DNA of 64,000 bases, from the NCBI GenBank assembly GCA_002269645.1, contig NIVC01000568.1, forward strand, positions 436,039-500,038. The letters run 5' to 3'. The DNA is from Macrostomum lignano (lineage: Eukaryota). The translations under genes were made by a program, and so were the position numbers. Of the stretch, positions 10,724 through 22,512 are shown piece after piece; the first letter of the stretch is position 1, and the number at the start of each line of letters is the position of its first letter. Below the pieces are notes generated by a model that saw only the letters and a list, made by a program, of their open reading frames with translations, searched no databases and was not told the DNA's origin.

Positions 10724-12811
10724 TCAGCAGGTCCAGCCGAGATCGGAGTCGTAGAGCAGTAGAGCAGCTGGCTGGGAGCTGCGCCTGTGGCCGAATGCAG
10801 CGTGTTGCGATAGGCGAGTAGGAGCTGCTGCAGAGCTCTCTGACAGTCCCGATTTCTTTAGGTGCTGCTTCAGCACCTTGACGAACCGTTCGGCTTGCCC
10901 GTTGGTCGCAGGATGAAACGGAGCTGAAGTCACATGCTCGATGCTGTTGAGACGCAGGAACTCGCTGAATTCGGATGACGTGAACTGAGCTCCGTTGTCA
11001 GACACCGGAGTCCGAGGTAGACCCTGGCGCGCGAAGATCTCGCGAAGGCAGTTGATGGTCGCGCCTGACGTCGTGCTGGTCAGCTGCTTTACCTCCGGCC
11101 ACTTACTGTGCGCGTCGATAAGCACAGGAAGGTGCGGCCGTCGACAGGGCCAGCGAAGTCGATGTGTAGCCGGGACCACGGCTCCGATGGGAAGGGCCAC
11201 GGGTGCACAGGCGCCTTGGGCGGATCGGCCTGGTTGAGCCGGCAGGTTTCGCACGCCTTGACGGAGTCCTCCACGTCCTTGTCCAGGCCGGGCCACCACA
11301 CGTAGCTGCGAGCGAGCGCCCGCATGCGGCTGGCTTCAGGTGGGCCTGGTGCAGTTCGCTGAGGACCTTCGAGCGGAGGGCGGACGGAACGATGACTCTG
11401 GACCCCCAAAGCAGGCAGCCCTGCTCGATGTTCAGCTCGTGCTGTCGGCCAGAGAACGCTTTGAGGCCCCCTGCAGCTGGGATCGGGCGCCCGACTGCAG
11501 ACACAGCAGCACTCTGCCGAGCTGCGCGTCCGTCCGCGTCCTCTGCGAAATCACCTTTGCCGTCAGGGCCGAACCGACATCTTCGTCGATGAGGAGGCAG
11601 TTCACAGCTGGCTCCTCGATGAACTGGGTGCCAGAGCGGAAGGCGAGAGAGCGAGTCGCAGTTGCCGTGCCGCGCCGTTCGTCTGAACTCCAGGCTGTAG
11701 TCGTAGCTGGAGAGCCGGATGGCCCAGCGCTGCATGCGAGCTGCGGCGTGTGCCGGATGGCCTTGCGCTCACCAAGCAGTCCAAGTAGGTGCTGGTGGTC
11801 CGTCACGATGACAAAGTGCCTCCCGTACAGGAACTGGTGGAACCGGTGCAGGCCGAACATGATGGCGAGCGCCTCTTCGTCCAGCTGCGCATAGTTGCGC
11901 TGAGCGGGGTCAGGCTGCGACTCGCGAAGGCAATCGCCTGCCTCTGGCCGCCGATCTTGTGGCGACAGGACCACCCCCAGACCGAATCGCGAGGCGTCGC
12001 ACTCCAGGTACAGTGACAAGTCTGGGTTGTAGTGGCACGAGAGCGCCCGAGGACAGCAGCAGTTGCTTGACTGCTCGAATGCTCGCTGCTGCGCGTCACC
12101 CCAGAACCACTTGTGTTCTTGGTCAGCAGCTGGTTCAGCAGCTGGCGCCACTACCGCAGACAGGTGCGGCATGAACTTCGAGTAGTGGGTCAGCATGCCG
12201 AGGAAGGCGCGCAGCTGCTAACGTCTTTGGTGCCGGCGCGTTCTGCACCGCTGCGACCTTGTCTGGCAGAGGCTTCAGGCCATGCGCGTCGATTTGATGA
12301 CCGAGGTAATCGACGGAGTGTTGACTGAGGTACTCGACGGAGTCTTGAAAGAACAGGCACTTGGACCTGTTCAGTCGAAGGCCGGCTTCCTGGAGACGCT
12401 GCAGCAAGCTGGTCAGGTTCTGTCTGTGCTGCACCTGAGTCTTGCCCGTGATGAGAATGTCGTCCACGAACAGTGGACGCCGTCGTGGTCACCCAACAGC
12501 GTCTCCAGTGTGCGCTGAAAGATGGCGCTGGCTGATTTGATGCGGAAGGGCAGTCTGTTGAGCTGAAACAGACCTCGCGGCGTGTTGATGACCAATACCA
12601 ATTAGGCCCGGCTCTCCTCGGACAGCGGCAGCTGTAGAAATGCGTTGGACAAGTCGAGCTTTGTCCACTTGCAGCCTCCGCCGAGCTTGGCGAAGATGTC
12701 CTCGATCTCGCCGTTCGCCTTCACTACCGGGACAATGGGAGCCGCCCAGTCTGAGTGCTTGATGGGCGTGATGATGCCTTGGGTCTTAAGTCGTCTCAGC
12801 TCCTCGTTCAC
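10724..12811 (-). pseudogene. Gypsy pol (RT, RNase H, integrase), broken by many frameshifts and deletions
   Basis: Fragments include WAAPIVPVVK, KLDLSNAFLQL, RLPFRIKSASAIFQR, DDILITG, LECDASRFGLG, NYAQLDEEALAI, RLHIDFAGP and SDNGAQFTS...APFHPATNGQAER. Confidence 0.9.
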
Positions 12812-12965
12812 CCGCTCCCTCAGAGCGTACGGGACCGGCCTGGCCTTGAAAAACCGCGGTGTGGCTGCTGCGTTAGGTCAGTGGTGTCAGAGCTGGTGCT
12901 GACTGAGTTGACCTGAGCCATGATTGCGTGACAGTCCAGTTTTAGTCGAGCCATCCAGTCTCGTC

Positions 12966-14080
12966 CTAGGAGAGGGAACTGCCCTGGGAGACCACGAGCA
13001 GCGGGAGGATTGCCTTCTGGCCATTGTGACTGACAGCGACTCTGGCTTCACCTAGCGGCTTGAACTGCTCGTTGGTGTATGTGCGTAACACCATCGCCGT
13101 TGGCTGTAGACGCAGTCCTGGGAGCCGCTCATCCGCCATTTTCTTTGGGATCAGCGTGACGGCTGATCCAGTGTCCAGCTCGAACGGGCAGTCGCGACCG
13201 TCCACCTCCAAAGTGACCGTCAAGGATCGGGACGATCGAGATCCGACGTAGAGGATCGAGCCCTGGCTGTCACTGTCCTGGTCCGACGCAGCTGCAGCGG
13301 AGTCCAGTTGCTTGACCCTGGCTGACCTGCAAACATTCTGGATGTGGCCTGTCTTCTCGCAGGCGTGGCACTTGGCATCGCGGAATTTGCAGCTTTGTCG
13401 ATCGTGACGGCCACCGCAGCTGGCGCACGGCTGCTGCTGGTGTGGGTGCGGCGACGCTAAGCAGCGAGTCAGGAGCTGCGGCCTCTCGTGCTTACGCGTC
13501 TGTCCGCTGCCAACATCCTTGCTGATCGCTGCGGCGGTCTCCAGTGTTCTGGGCGCGATCTCGCTCGCGTAGCGCTGCGCTGCCTCCATCGATGACACCG
13601 TCGCGACCATCAGGGCGTAAGTCAGCTTTGAGATTTCCAGCAGCTTTGAGCGGATGGCATCGTTCCTGAGACCGAAGACGGCCTGGTCTCGCAGTCTCTC
13701 CTCCAGCGCCGTGCCGAAGTTGCAGTGCAGAGTGGCTGCCTTCAGCCCTGCCAGGAAGGTGGCGAAGTCCTCTCCCGGCAATTGCATTCTCTGCTGGAAC
13801 TTGAAGCATGCGGCGATCTCGGATGGCGCGGGAGCGTAATGGTCTTGCAGAATTTTCTTTAGGCCGTCGTATGACCTTTCTGAAACCTTGTCCGGCTGAC
13901 ATAGGTTGCGAAGCACCGTGTAGGCGGTTTCTCCTATGGCAGTGCAAAGTGTGGCCACTTTGGTGGGCTCCTCAGTGACTTTAGCGCATACGAAGTATTG
14001 TTCGAGTCTCTCAATGTAAACTTCGAAGTCGGAGTCCCTTGATAACTCCGGAATGCGGCTAAAGGCTGAGCTCGTCGCCA
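12966..14080 (-). CDS. Gypsy gag-protease ORF (start codon lost)
   Basis: The frame is open from the PBS (ATSSAFSRIPELSRDSDFEVYIERLEQYF) through two Cys/His knuckles (CASCGGRHDRQSC; CHACEKTGHIQNVC) to the protease motif ELDTGSAVTLI. Confidence 0.85.
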
Positions 14081-14300
14081 GGACAAGTACGTTCTGTTAA
14101 AGTGCTTCAAAATGAACTTTGTCACATAGCATCCTTGTCTACATTGTCTAGCAGCCTTGACTTTGTCACATTGGGGCTTGTGCACGAAAAGTTAGCCAAC
14201 GGTTGTGAGATTCACAATCATGAGGGCATGCCTGACGATTGGAAAGTCAGTGCCGCTGTACACCCTGTGTGAGCGAGTGTATGAGTGCGTGCCTGCGGTA

Positions 14301-14800
14301 CAACAACAACAACAACAAAGTACTTTACCTGCCAGCCATGCAGTGGCCAGAAAGGGGGAGAAGTCAGCGAGTGCGTCTCTGGGCCATAGCCCTCAGAAAG
14401 TCACACCCCCAGCTTGGTCCGGGGCGCCAGCATCCGTCGAAAGCCTGTCAGGACATCTCGCCGTTCGCCCTTGGCCTCGCCTACGCGGTCCCTGCAGCTT
14501 GAGCAGCAGCACCTCGTGCAGCGGCTCAAGGCGGCGAGCCTCCGACCTGATTACGTGGCTAGCCAGTCGAAGTCGCCGCCCGAGCAGCAGGTCAGAAGGC
14601 CGCTTCAGGCGTGCCCTCGTGTAGAGCGCGGCGTTGGTCTCGCTGCCTGGACCGTTGCGCACTCCTAACGCCGCACGCAGCATGGCCGCATACGCAGCGT
14701 CCAGCTGCCTCTCCAAAGCGTCCGTCAAGGTCCAGGTCTCGGCGTTGTACAACGAGACAGTCTCAACGACTGCTTGAAACAGCCCGACTGCGGTACAGTA
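14301..14800 (-). mobile_element. 3' fragment of a non-LTR retrotransposon (RTE-like C-terminus) with (TTG)6 tail
   Basis: Encodes LFQAVVETVSLYNAETWTLT...LERQLDAAYAAMLRAALG...RRLRLASHVIR...GPRRRG. The simple-repeat tail is at 14301-14318. Confidence 0.75.
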
Positions 14801-15518
14801 TTGGCGCATTTTCATGTGCTTAGGAGTCAGCGGAATGGGCAGAGTTGCCGTCAGCGCTAGTTGTGGAACGATGTCATGCAATATCAATTTCAACCCCATA
14901 GTGGGGTCTCGTCTCCCGGAATCGGTATACGGTATTATTCTTGACATTCGACTGACCGCATGTGTGCAAAATATCTAGCCTAATTACTACTTCAAATGTC
15001 GTTACCACATGCAGTGCAGTTTGCAAATGTGATTTATGTTAATAGTATGTTTTAAAACCGTCGCACGAAAGCAGCCATGAGCAAGTTGGTTTAACCATGC
15101 GTGACTACGTGACTCGTATTGCATGGCTGGCTATTTCTGTTCTGCTGAGCTAGACAAAATTACATTGTCTAAGCATGGAATAACTCAAGATATATTTAAC
15201 ATAAAAAATAAAAACTTCTTAGCCAGCAGAGATAGGCAGGATTATAATTTTCTACAAATCCTCAGGTTTAATCACTTTCAATGATAGCTGAGATGGTATT
15301 TGATAGCAGTAATGCTGGTGCCTATTGTCTAAATATACCACTTATTTACATCGTGCACAAGGAAAGGCACTCCGAGTGGAAGTAAAGAACGATGGATAAA
15401 ATCACAAGTCGGCGTGACAGAGCCCAGATTTTAGCGAATAGAATTAAGAATGCGATTATATCCTGTTGCCGATTCAGTATGCCGAGGGACCGCGGGATCA
15501 GCTCGTGCTTCAACTGGG

Positions 15519-16046
15519 CTATGCAACCGTTGGTCCGTCGTCAAAGACGCTGCCGAACTCGCCGCCGACGCCACCGGCAGCGCCGCCGCGCCAACTGGAC
15601 GTCTGGCCGGGTCGGCAGCAGCAGCAGCAGCATCTGCACCAGCTGAGACACCAGTGACAGCACCTGGCAACTATTGAAAACTCTGCGCGTCGTTTTGCTA
15701 GAGCACAGAATGCGGCCCCCACTAGCATTATGGCGCAGCTGCCGGTGAGACTAGCAAAGCCGCTAGCCATCAGGCTGCTCGCGCTAGTACCGTCTGGTCC
15801 GAGGCCGGTGCGCACAGACAGAAGAAGCGAGGCCAGAATGAAGACGCTTAGGCCAAGCACGAATAACAGGACCGAGCCCAGCTGCCAGAGTCGCTGCTGG
15901 CATGGCACCACGACCTGATTGGTGCCCTGGCTCTGACTCTGGCGCTGCTGCTGAGTCTGCTGCTGTTGCTGCTGCTGCTGCTGCTCACGTTGATCTTCGG
16001 CTTTGGTGGGGGCGTCATTGATGGAAACTGAGCACTTGCTAATCAT
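15519..16046 (-). CDS. Orphan ORF: poly-Q N-terminus, two predicted transmembrane helices, Cys-rich tail
   Basis: ATG at 16046. The hydrophobic segments are LGSVLLFVLGLSVFILASLLLSV and GFASLTGSCAIMLVGAAFCAL. The C-terminal frame is ambiguous with overlapping ORF 15431..15670. Confidence 0.5.
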   Translation of the reverse strand: MISKCSVSINDAPTKAEDQREQQQQQQQQQTQQQRQSQSQGTNQVVVPCQQRLWQLGSVLLFVLGLSVFILASLLLSVRTGLGPDGTSASSLMASGFASLTGSCAIMLVGAAFCALAKRRAEFSIVARCCHWCLSWCRCCCCCCRPGQTSSWRGGAAGGVGGEFGSVFDDGPTVA

Positions 16047-16544
16047 TTGAGGCCGAATTGGATTAACTCGATTTTTATAGTTAGTAAATTTCTGACTGAA
16101 CTTCTGCAAAGACAGCTATAATTACTTGTAGTTCACGCGTTTTGGATCACCACGTTTCTTTTGCAGCCTCTACTCACGGCACTGGCAGCTTCCAGAAGCC
16201 CATTGCTCTGGCCAGCTCTGTATTAGGATGCAGCTAAGCTGAGACAAGCCTTCGCTGTTTTTGTCTGATATTGCCTTCTTCCAGCCTTCTTACGGGTCTA
16301 TCCCCCGATTCTGATTGGCTGATCAGCCGATGTCTGCGTATGGCTGCATTTTTCTACAATAAGAGCCTAAAGACAAAAAATTCAAAGGCTCTTATAGAAA
16401 AATTTCAGCTGAAAAACTGAGCTGACCAAACAGAGTAAGAAATCAACCAACAAAACATGAAATCTTTTCACCGATTTGAATGCATCTCGTCAGAAAAAGA
16501 TGAGGATTTCATTTTGTTTCCGTTTCTTTTTTCTCCTCTCCTCT

Positions 16545-16571
16545 CTCATCTCCCTCTCTCTCCTCTCTCCC

Positions 16572-16609
<38 letters not shown>

Positions 16610-16650
16610 TCTCTTCCTCTCTTCCTCTCACCTCTCCTCTCTTCTCTCTT
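16545..16650. repeat. Imperfect (CT)n tract
   Basis: Seen directly. Confidence 0.9.
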
Positions 16651-17293
16651 CTTATCTCACCTGGCCCGCAGTCATGCGCTATCTGACTATTAAGTTAAAA
16701 AAAGTTTGCCAACCCCTGTTTTAGAGCGAGGTAACTGCATAATTAAATTAAGGTCCAACTGAATTTAAAACCAACTTTATAATGTTGGAATGCACGCGAT
16801 TTAAAGGTTGGAATTTAAGCTTCGTTAGTCCCATTGGTTATGTTTACTCTTTATTTCTAAGAGGGTTCGTACAGGCGCCGTAAATCTGTCGGGGTGTGGA
16901 ACGGCAAAATTGAAATGGCATGCTTTCCACAGTGAACTGGTTCGCAACGGAAATTCAAGGTGCTGCTGCACGTTTGCACATTTACAATCGTGCGCATTTC
17001 CAAGAAAATTTCTAGGAATCTGCGACGCCTGAACTTCGATAGCCATAGGCTAAGATCTTTATCGGCAGATTTCACTATCTGCCTGGCTAACTAGTTGGCA
17101 ACATACCTGATAAGTTCAAGCATATAGTTTCATGCAGTTTATAAGCTTGATCGCACCGAGGCTTCGGGCCGAGAGCAATCTCAAGAACTTATAAAGAAAG
17201 AAAGATTCGCCCAAATACCAAATTTCAGCTTAAAAGAAAACTATTAAATTTTATCATTTCTTTAACTGACAACGGAAGCAGTGAAAGAAAAGC

Positions 17294-17426
17294 ATGGCAT
17301 CCTATCTGTGCTCATCTGCTCCCGTGCTGCTGCTGATTATATTCATAGGCAGCACTGCGGCTGCTTCAACTGGGCGGAAGATTTCCTGGCGCCAAGCCAA
17401 AGGCCGGGTCAATTGCACAACTGATC
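17294..17426 (+). CDS. Secreted staphylococcal-type nuclease, exon 1 (signal peptide)
   Basis: Encodes MASYLCSSAPVLLLIIFIGSTAAA (hydrophobic core, then small residues). Donor C|GTGAGT at 17427, phase 1. Confidence 0.75.
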
Positions 17427-18160
17427 GTGAGTCTTACTGTATAGCTAGGTGCTCTATCGAAATGCTATATACTAAAATAGAAAATTTTTTAATTGGGTCC
17501 TTTAAAGAACCTGGACAAAGCAGAAGCACAGAATTTCATGAAACCAAAAGCTTCCACTATAAAAATATCGCCTGTTAACTTCGGTGAAATTATGACATAA
17601 ACGTTTCCATCTATTCTATTAGAGATGAGTGAATATGAATTTATTCAGTATTCATACATATTCACTCAACATTCCACAACGTAAAAGTCAAGACACCTAA
17701 AACACAAGCTATATTTAAAATCACTACATGCAGCTAACTATAAAAGGGACGCCAACTAAAGCGCCGGAACCGAAGTAAAGCTCTGGACTGAACCAAGCCG
17801 ACCCAAATCTATTACTTCTCTGACCAGTCAACTAAAAACACTGAGAAACTACACCCCATCCGGGTGCTCTCTTTGTGCTTCCAAGTATTTACTCAGGAAG
17901 CTACTTAAGTTCTAAGTATAGACTCGTTCACACCGCCATCAAAATAAAGTCAATTTTAGCGCGATCACACGGATAATTCACACTTTTCGACGCTTTGTAG
18001 CTCGGGCATCACTGATTTAGTGATTTGTTCGATGTTGTGAATTAGTTTCACCAAACAATAACCTTGTCCAACCAAGCATATTGACTCATTGGAACTCTAC
18101 TCATTGACAGAATGAACTCAGTAAAAACAAAATCATTATCTTATCGCCTCAAAAATTCAG

Positions 18161-18630
18161 CCAAGTATCTGTGCGGCCGAGTCAAATCGGTGCACGACGG
18201 CGACTCGTTGCGCATCATCCCGGAGACGAACGACGACGGCGACAGGGCGTCGGTTCGTGTCCGCCTGATGCAGATCGACGCGCCGGAGTTGAGCCAAGCT
18301 CACGGACGAGATTCTCGCAAAGCACTGGCCAGCAGGCTGCCGCGCGGTACCCGAGTCTGCGTGATCTCACCTGGTCGGGATTCCTATCATCGAATACTTG
18401 GATTTGTCTGTCTAGCTAAAGACGACATCGCCTACCGGATGCTGGCCGAAGGACACGCCTGGTGCTACCACAACACCTGCAACTTGCGGTACAAAGCAGC
18501 CACCAGCGCTGCCAGGGTCGCAGGGCTCGGTCTGTGGACGCCCGGACAGACGCCAATGGCTCCGTGGGCTTATCGTCGGTTTCAGCGGAGACGCGCCAGA
18601 AAGCACCGACAGCAAGGAAAGAAAGAATGA
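18161..18630 (+). CDS. Secreted staphylococcal-type (SNase/thermonuclease) nuclease, exon 2
   Basis: Acceptor aaaattcag|CC at 18160 is in phase with exon 1. Motifs are VHDGDS, VRLMQIDAPE, RDSYHRILG, MLAEGHAW and AR..GLGLW...PMAPW. AATAAA at 18701. Confidence 0.9.
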
Positions 18631-19186
18631 GGGGCAAGAGCTGGAATGCAACTGTAGCTTTTGGGATGATGCCTTTGATTTACAGCTTCAATAATACAAC
18701 AATAAAAACAATAAGGTGATAAGAGCAATCGTGTGTCCTAATGAATTTCCATTTACCAACACGTAATATGATATATGATTATTACACACCAAATCATGTT
18801 ACGCTGAAGCAGTGTCTGACACTATTTTTTCGTGCATCGTAGTGAGTCCAGTGTCCAGCAGTAAACAAACCAGCTCAATACGCTAAAAATAAAGAACTTC
18901 TAAAATTTAAAGCGCCCTATAATGTGTCTGTCTACTAAATAATGAGTTACTAAGTAGTATGTTACGCTAATGTAGACAGATAAATTACGATCGAATTTCC
19001 GTTTTTCAACGCAATAGCATTCAAATAGCCTGACTTATTAATGATAGTATCAAACGATACTTTCTCCTTTTTTCGTTATTTTGAAAAGAACGATAGGGTA
19101 CTCGACGGTACGCTCGTATGAGTAAATTAAAAGGGCAGTGGCAGTACTACTAGCGTAGGGAATATGGATCGTTTCTTCTATCATTA

Positions 19187-19490
19187 CCTCTCTCTCTCTC
19201 AAGGTGCCATACATGTATCGACGGAGGACGTTGGCGATGGCGACCACAGTCTTCCACAAAGCACGGTCCATTGAGGCGTGGAGTATTTCCAGTCTTGTTC
19301 ATGTCATCCATTGAGACAGGTTCTTCAGAAATATTTTTCGTTGCCCTGCCTCCCATGGTCTCTTTTTCCTTCAATCTGCCCAGTCACTGACAGGCGTGAC
19401 AGCTGCTCGATTCCTGTACCTTCTTCATAATAAGGCCAAAGGACTCCAACCTGCCGTCTCCTAATTTTCGCCATCAACTTCCTTCTGCAA
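19187..19490 (-). mobile_element. Degenerate 3' end of an RTE-like non-LTR retrotransposon with (GA)n tail
   Basis: Frameshifted fragments KIRRRQVG...IEQLSRLSVTGQIEGKRDHGRQ and DRALWKTVVA..NVLRR. The (CT)n tail is at 19187-19200. Confidence 0.7.
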
Positions 19491-19495
19491 TCAAC

Positions 19496-19610
19496 AGGGG
19501 GAAAACCTCCAGAGGGAAAACTCGCTGCGGGAGAATATCGCTGCGGGAAAAGCACGCGAGGGCGAACCTCGGCGGGAAAACTTCCTGCGGGAAATTCTCA
19601 TAGACCCACT
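19496..19610. mobile_element. Remnant arm of a foldback element related to the one at 50714-51251
   Basis: Tandem GCTGCGGGAAAA-like subrepeats end in GAAATTCTCATAGACCC, whose reverse complement resembles the GGGTCCATGAGAATTG terminus at 50715. Confidence 0.55.
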
Positions 19611-20567
19611 GTATGCATCAGCCCCAGCCTCTAGCTCTTGCCCCAATTAGCTGATAGATGACGGCTGGGGGTGCATTATACGAGTATAATAATTGGAATA
19701 ATTAAAGACAGCGTAGCATTTATATTTTTCTGGTTTAAGATAGCGCCTGTATGCAACCCACTTCTTGCTATGGCCTGTTTCCAAATTACTTTTTTTCTAT
19801 TCTGTACAATCTCTCAAGGCTTGGCTGATTACTCTAGTGGATAGGCCACCGCAACCACCATGGCATATAGCATACAGTGCAAATAGATCAGTGCTCAGTG
19901 CTGCTCAAAATTATCTGCTCCAACTCGTTTATACGTTTCTATTATACTCGAATTTAATTACTCTACGCTCGTATATAGGTGTCCTTAGAGTGACCCTTTG
20001 CTCTATGCATGCTCACAGAGTTAGGAGAGAAGGTGGTAGAGAACTCCGAGCTCTCGAGGCTTTTTGGATGCTTTTCTATAATGACCCTATAAGAGCTTAT
20101 TACAATCTTGAGTTGCTGTCTCTGGCCTCCGCTCATTCACCCGTCTGTCAATCTTTCTGACAATATCTGCAAAACCTTTCATACTATAGCTCTATATTGA
20201 ATATGCATTAAGCTGTGAAATCTCGCTCCAGCGCTTTTGAAAGGTGATGCAGCTGAGTTAAATACTCTGGCAAAAGCTGGATTTTCATCTTTGGAATCCG
20301 TTCTTTTTCGTCAATGCACATTTGTTAATCGTTTCTTTTGATTTGTTTTGACATTTGCTGCTTTTTTGATCCAGAATTGAATTATTCATTCCCGGATTTT
20401 GAAGAACAATTGCTACACATAGCTGCTGATGAAGTGAGGTACTGGAAAAATAAGACAGGGATACAGGGGAATTCAGGCGGAGGTGCAGGCGGGGGAAATG
20501 AGACGGAAACAGACAGGGTGTTAGAGAGAGGGTACTTGTTTTGAGGGGAGTTCTGATGTGAGTTGTG

Positions 20568-21690
20568 ATCCCGGGATTCTCGGGATCAGGATATCCCGGA
20601 CTTTGCCAATCCAGGGATCCCGACGAATTGGGCCTACCGCTGAGCTGAGCTACCGGCACTTGTCAGGTGAAAATCGTAATCGTGCTTTGATTTATTAATC
20701 TTTTAATCATGCAGGCTAGTGAGAAGGCTATAGGGCTGCAGGGATATAAAACTGAAGCTGTTGGCAGATCGTAAGATTTCAGGTGTAATAATGTACGTGC
20801 AACTATATGCATAAGTACTCGCAGACTAATGTAATTATTATTCCAAAACCTGTACACAGAGCCTAAAGCAATAGAAGCCAATTATGCTGGTGAACGCAGC
20901 ATTCAGCAAGGCGATTCCTCATTGTTTCCGATCACAGCGCTGGCGCTTGCCAGACGGGAGTCAAATAATTTTTCATTTGAACTCTCCCACTATCTCAAAC
21001 CCAGCTAAAATCAGGGCCCAGGGGGTCTCGACTCTCGACCTTGCGCAGATCAGAAGCCCCTCTCTATGCGAAAGACATTCTCAGCACTGTCAGGATACCC
21101 AATTTAGATGCCCAGCACATAGGAAGTGGTGGCAGAACTACATGTACTTAAAGCAGTCCCTACTTTCAAAACTCCTTGGCCGTAGTTGGGATTAGAATAG
21201 TGCGACCTTGCTATCGGACCACTCACCCACAACCCAAGCTACATATATACCAATTCTCCATCTATAGGGCGGGTGCCCCTGGGAGGGTGAGGTCTAATCC
21301 CCTTCTAACCAGGTATCCAGCAGTACCTCAGGCCATACGTGTATAGCTCTGTAAGCTATCATTCCCCAGGTTGCATCACAGGCATGAAGTGTGATTTTCA
21401 TGAGCTGAATGTAAAAATGCGCGTCTATTGCGCCAGCCCGTACATCACACTCCAATTCAGAGCTCACTGTCAGTTTCTTCTTTGCAAAATATTTTATTCT
21501 GTTCTACTTTGTTATTGAAAGCCCCTTAAACGATGGCTTCGCCTTCGACAGCCAAAATTGCACCAACAAAGATTAGAAAATTTTCAACTCCGGGATCCAG
21601 GGGTCCCGGCCTAATTGGTCGGGATCCCGGGATTGGCAAAGTCCGGGATATCCTGATCCCGAGAATCCCGGGATTGGCAAAACTCTCCTA
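20568..21690. mobile_element. MITE-like element with about 70-bp subterminal inverted repeats (CCCGGGAT-rich)
   Basis: 20568-20635 is the reverse complement of about 21608-21675. The left terminus is degraded and no TSD was found. Confidence 0.6.
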
Positions 21691-21705
21691 CATATTACTA
21701 TCAAG

Positions 21706-22512
21706 TAGGGATGTCGATTCCCCGGGGAATTTTCTTATCGGGGACCCCGGGGAATTTACTGTCGTTCCCCGGGGACTCCGAGGAAAAGAAAAAATAAGTA
21801 AAATACGGCGGATAACTTTTAAGTGGAATTTTTTAACTTTGATTTAAGCTTTGGACTACGTGTTCAAGGCGCAAGGGTAAAAACTCTAAAAAAATGTTTA
21901 TTTAAAACTGCATTTGACAACGTGGCATCACCAAATCGTGCGCGCACCTTTGTCAGAAAGAGTCCAGACTCCGGAGGCGGAAAATGCATGCTCAGCAGCT
22001 GTGCTCGTGGGAGGATAATTAATGAATGAGACTGCTGTTATAATCGGAATTTTTATTTCTGCGATAAATCACCATTTTGTCCTTGTCTAATAGGGAGTAT
22101 TTTTTTATTGTATGACACCCCCTATGCGTCAGTGACTGACGCAGGACGCAGCGCTGTGCCTGCGTCAAATGCGTCAGGCCGTCAACGCAGACCAACACAG
22201 TAGTCAGTAAGGCTTCTTTTTCCTGACGGGTTTCTACGTGCAATTTGCTTGATTGAAAGACTAATAGTGAAAAAAACATTTAAACGTGTGTTGTGTTTGA
22301 AATAATACATTTAAATAAGCAGCTTTGCGGTAAAAAAAAGCATAGACAGAGTTTCAATCAGCTTTCAGTGAATCATTTTCTTATTTTAATGGCAAAAAAT
22401 AAGTTAAAAATGCTTTTTTTCTTCCCGGGGTCCCCGGTCCAACTCCCCGGGGAGTATTCCCCAACAAGCTCCCCTGGGCCCCGGGGAGCACTCCCCGGGG
22501 TCGACATCCCTA
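21706..22512. mobile_element. hAT-type MITE, 807 bp
   Basis: TIRs TAGGGATGTCGA / TCGACATCCCTA. 8-bp TSD CTATCAAG at 21698-21705 and 22513-22520. CCCCGGGG subterminal repeats. Confidence 0.92.

Larger units (their letters stand above)
9723..14085 (-). mobile_element. Ty3/Gypsy LTR retrotransposon (Mag-like), degenerate, with 5-bp TSD AGTAC
   Basis: TSD at 9718-9722 and 14086-14090. PBS TGGCGACGAG at 14080-14071 (complementary to the tRNA-Ser(GCU) 3' end). PPT GAGGGGGGAGA at 10475-10465. Domains run gag, protease, RT, RNase H, integrase, i.e. Gypsy order. Confidence 0.93.

Noticed and set aside
16825-17075. Two overlapping 72-73-aa minus-strand ORFs upstream of the nuclease
   Set aside because: No family signature (MRTIVNVQ only superficially resembles tubulin) and no splice support.
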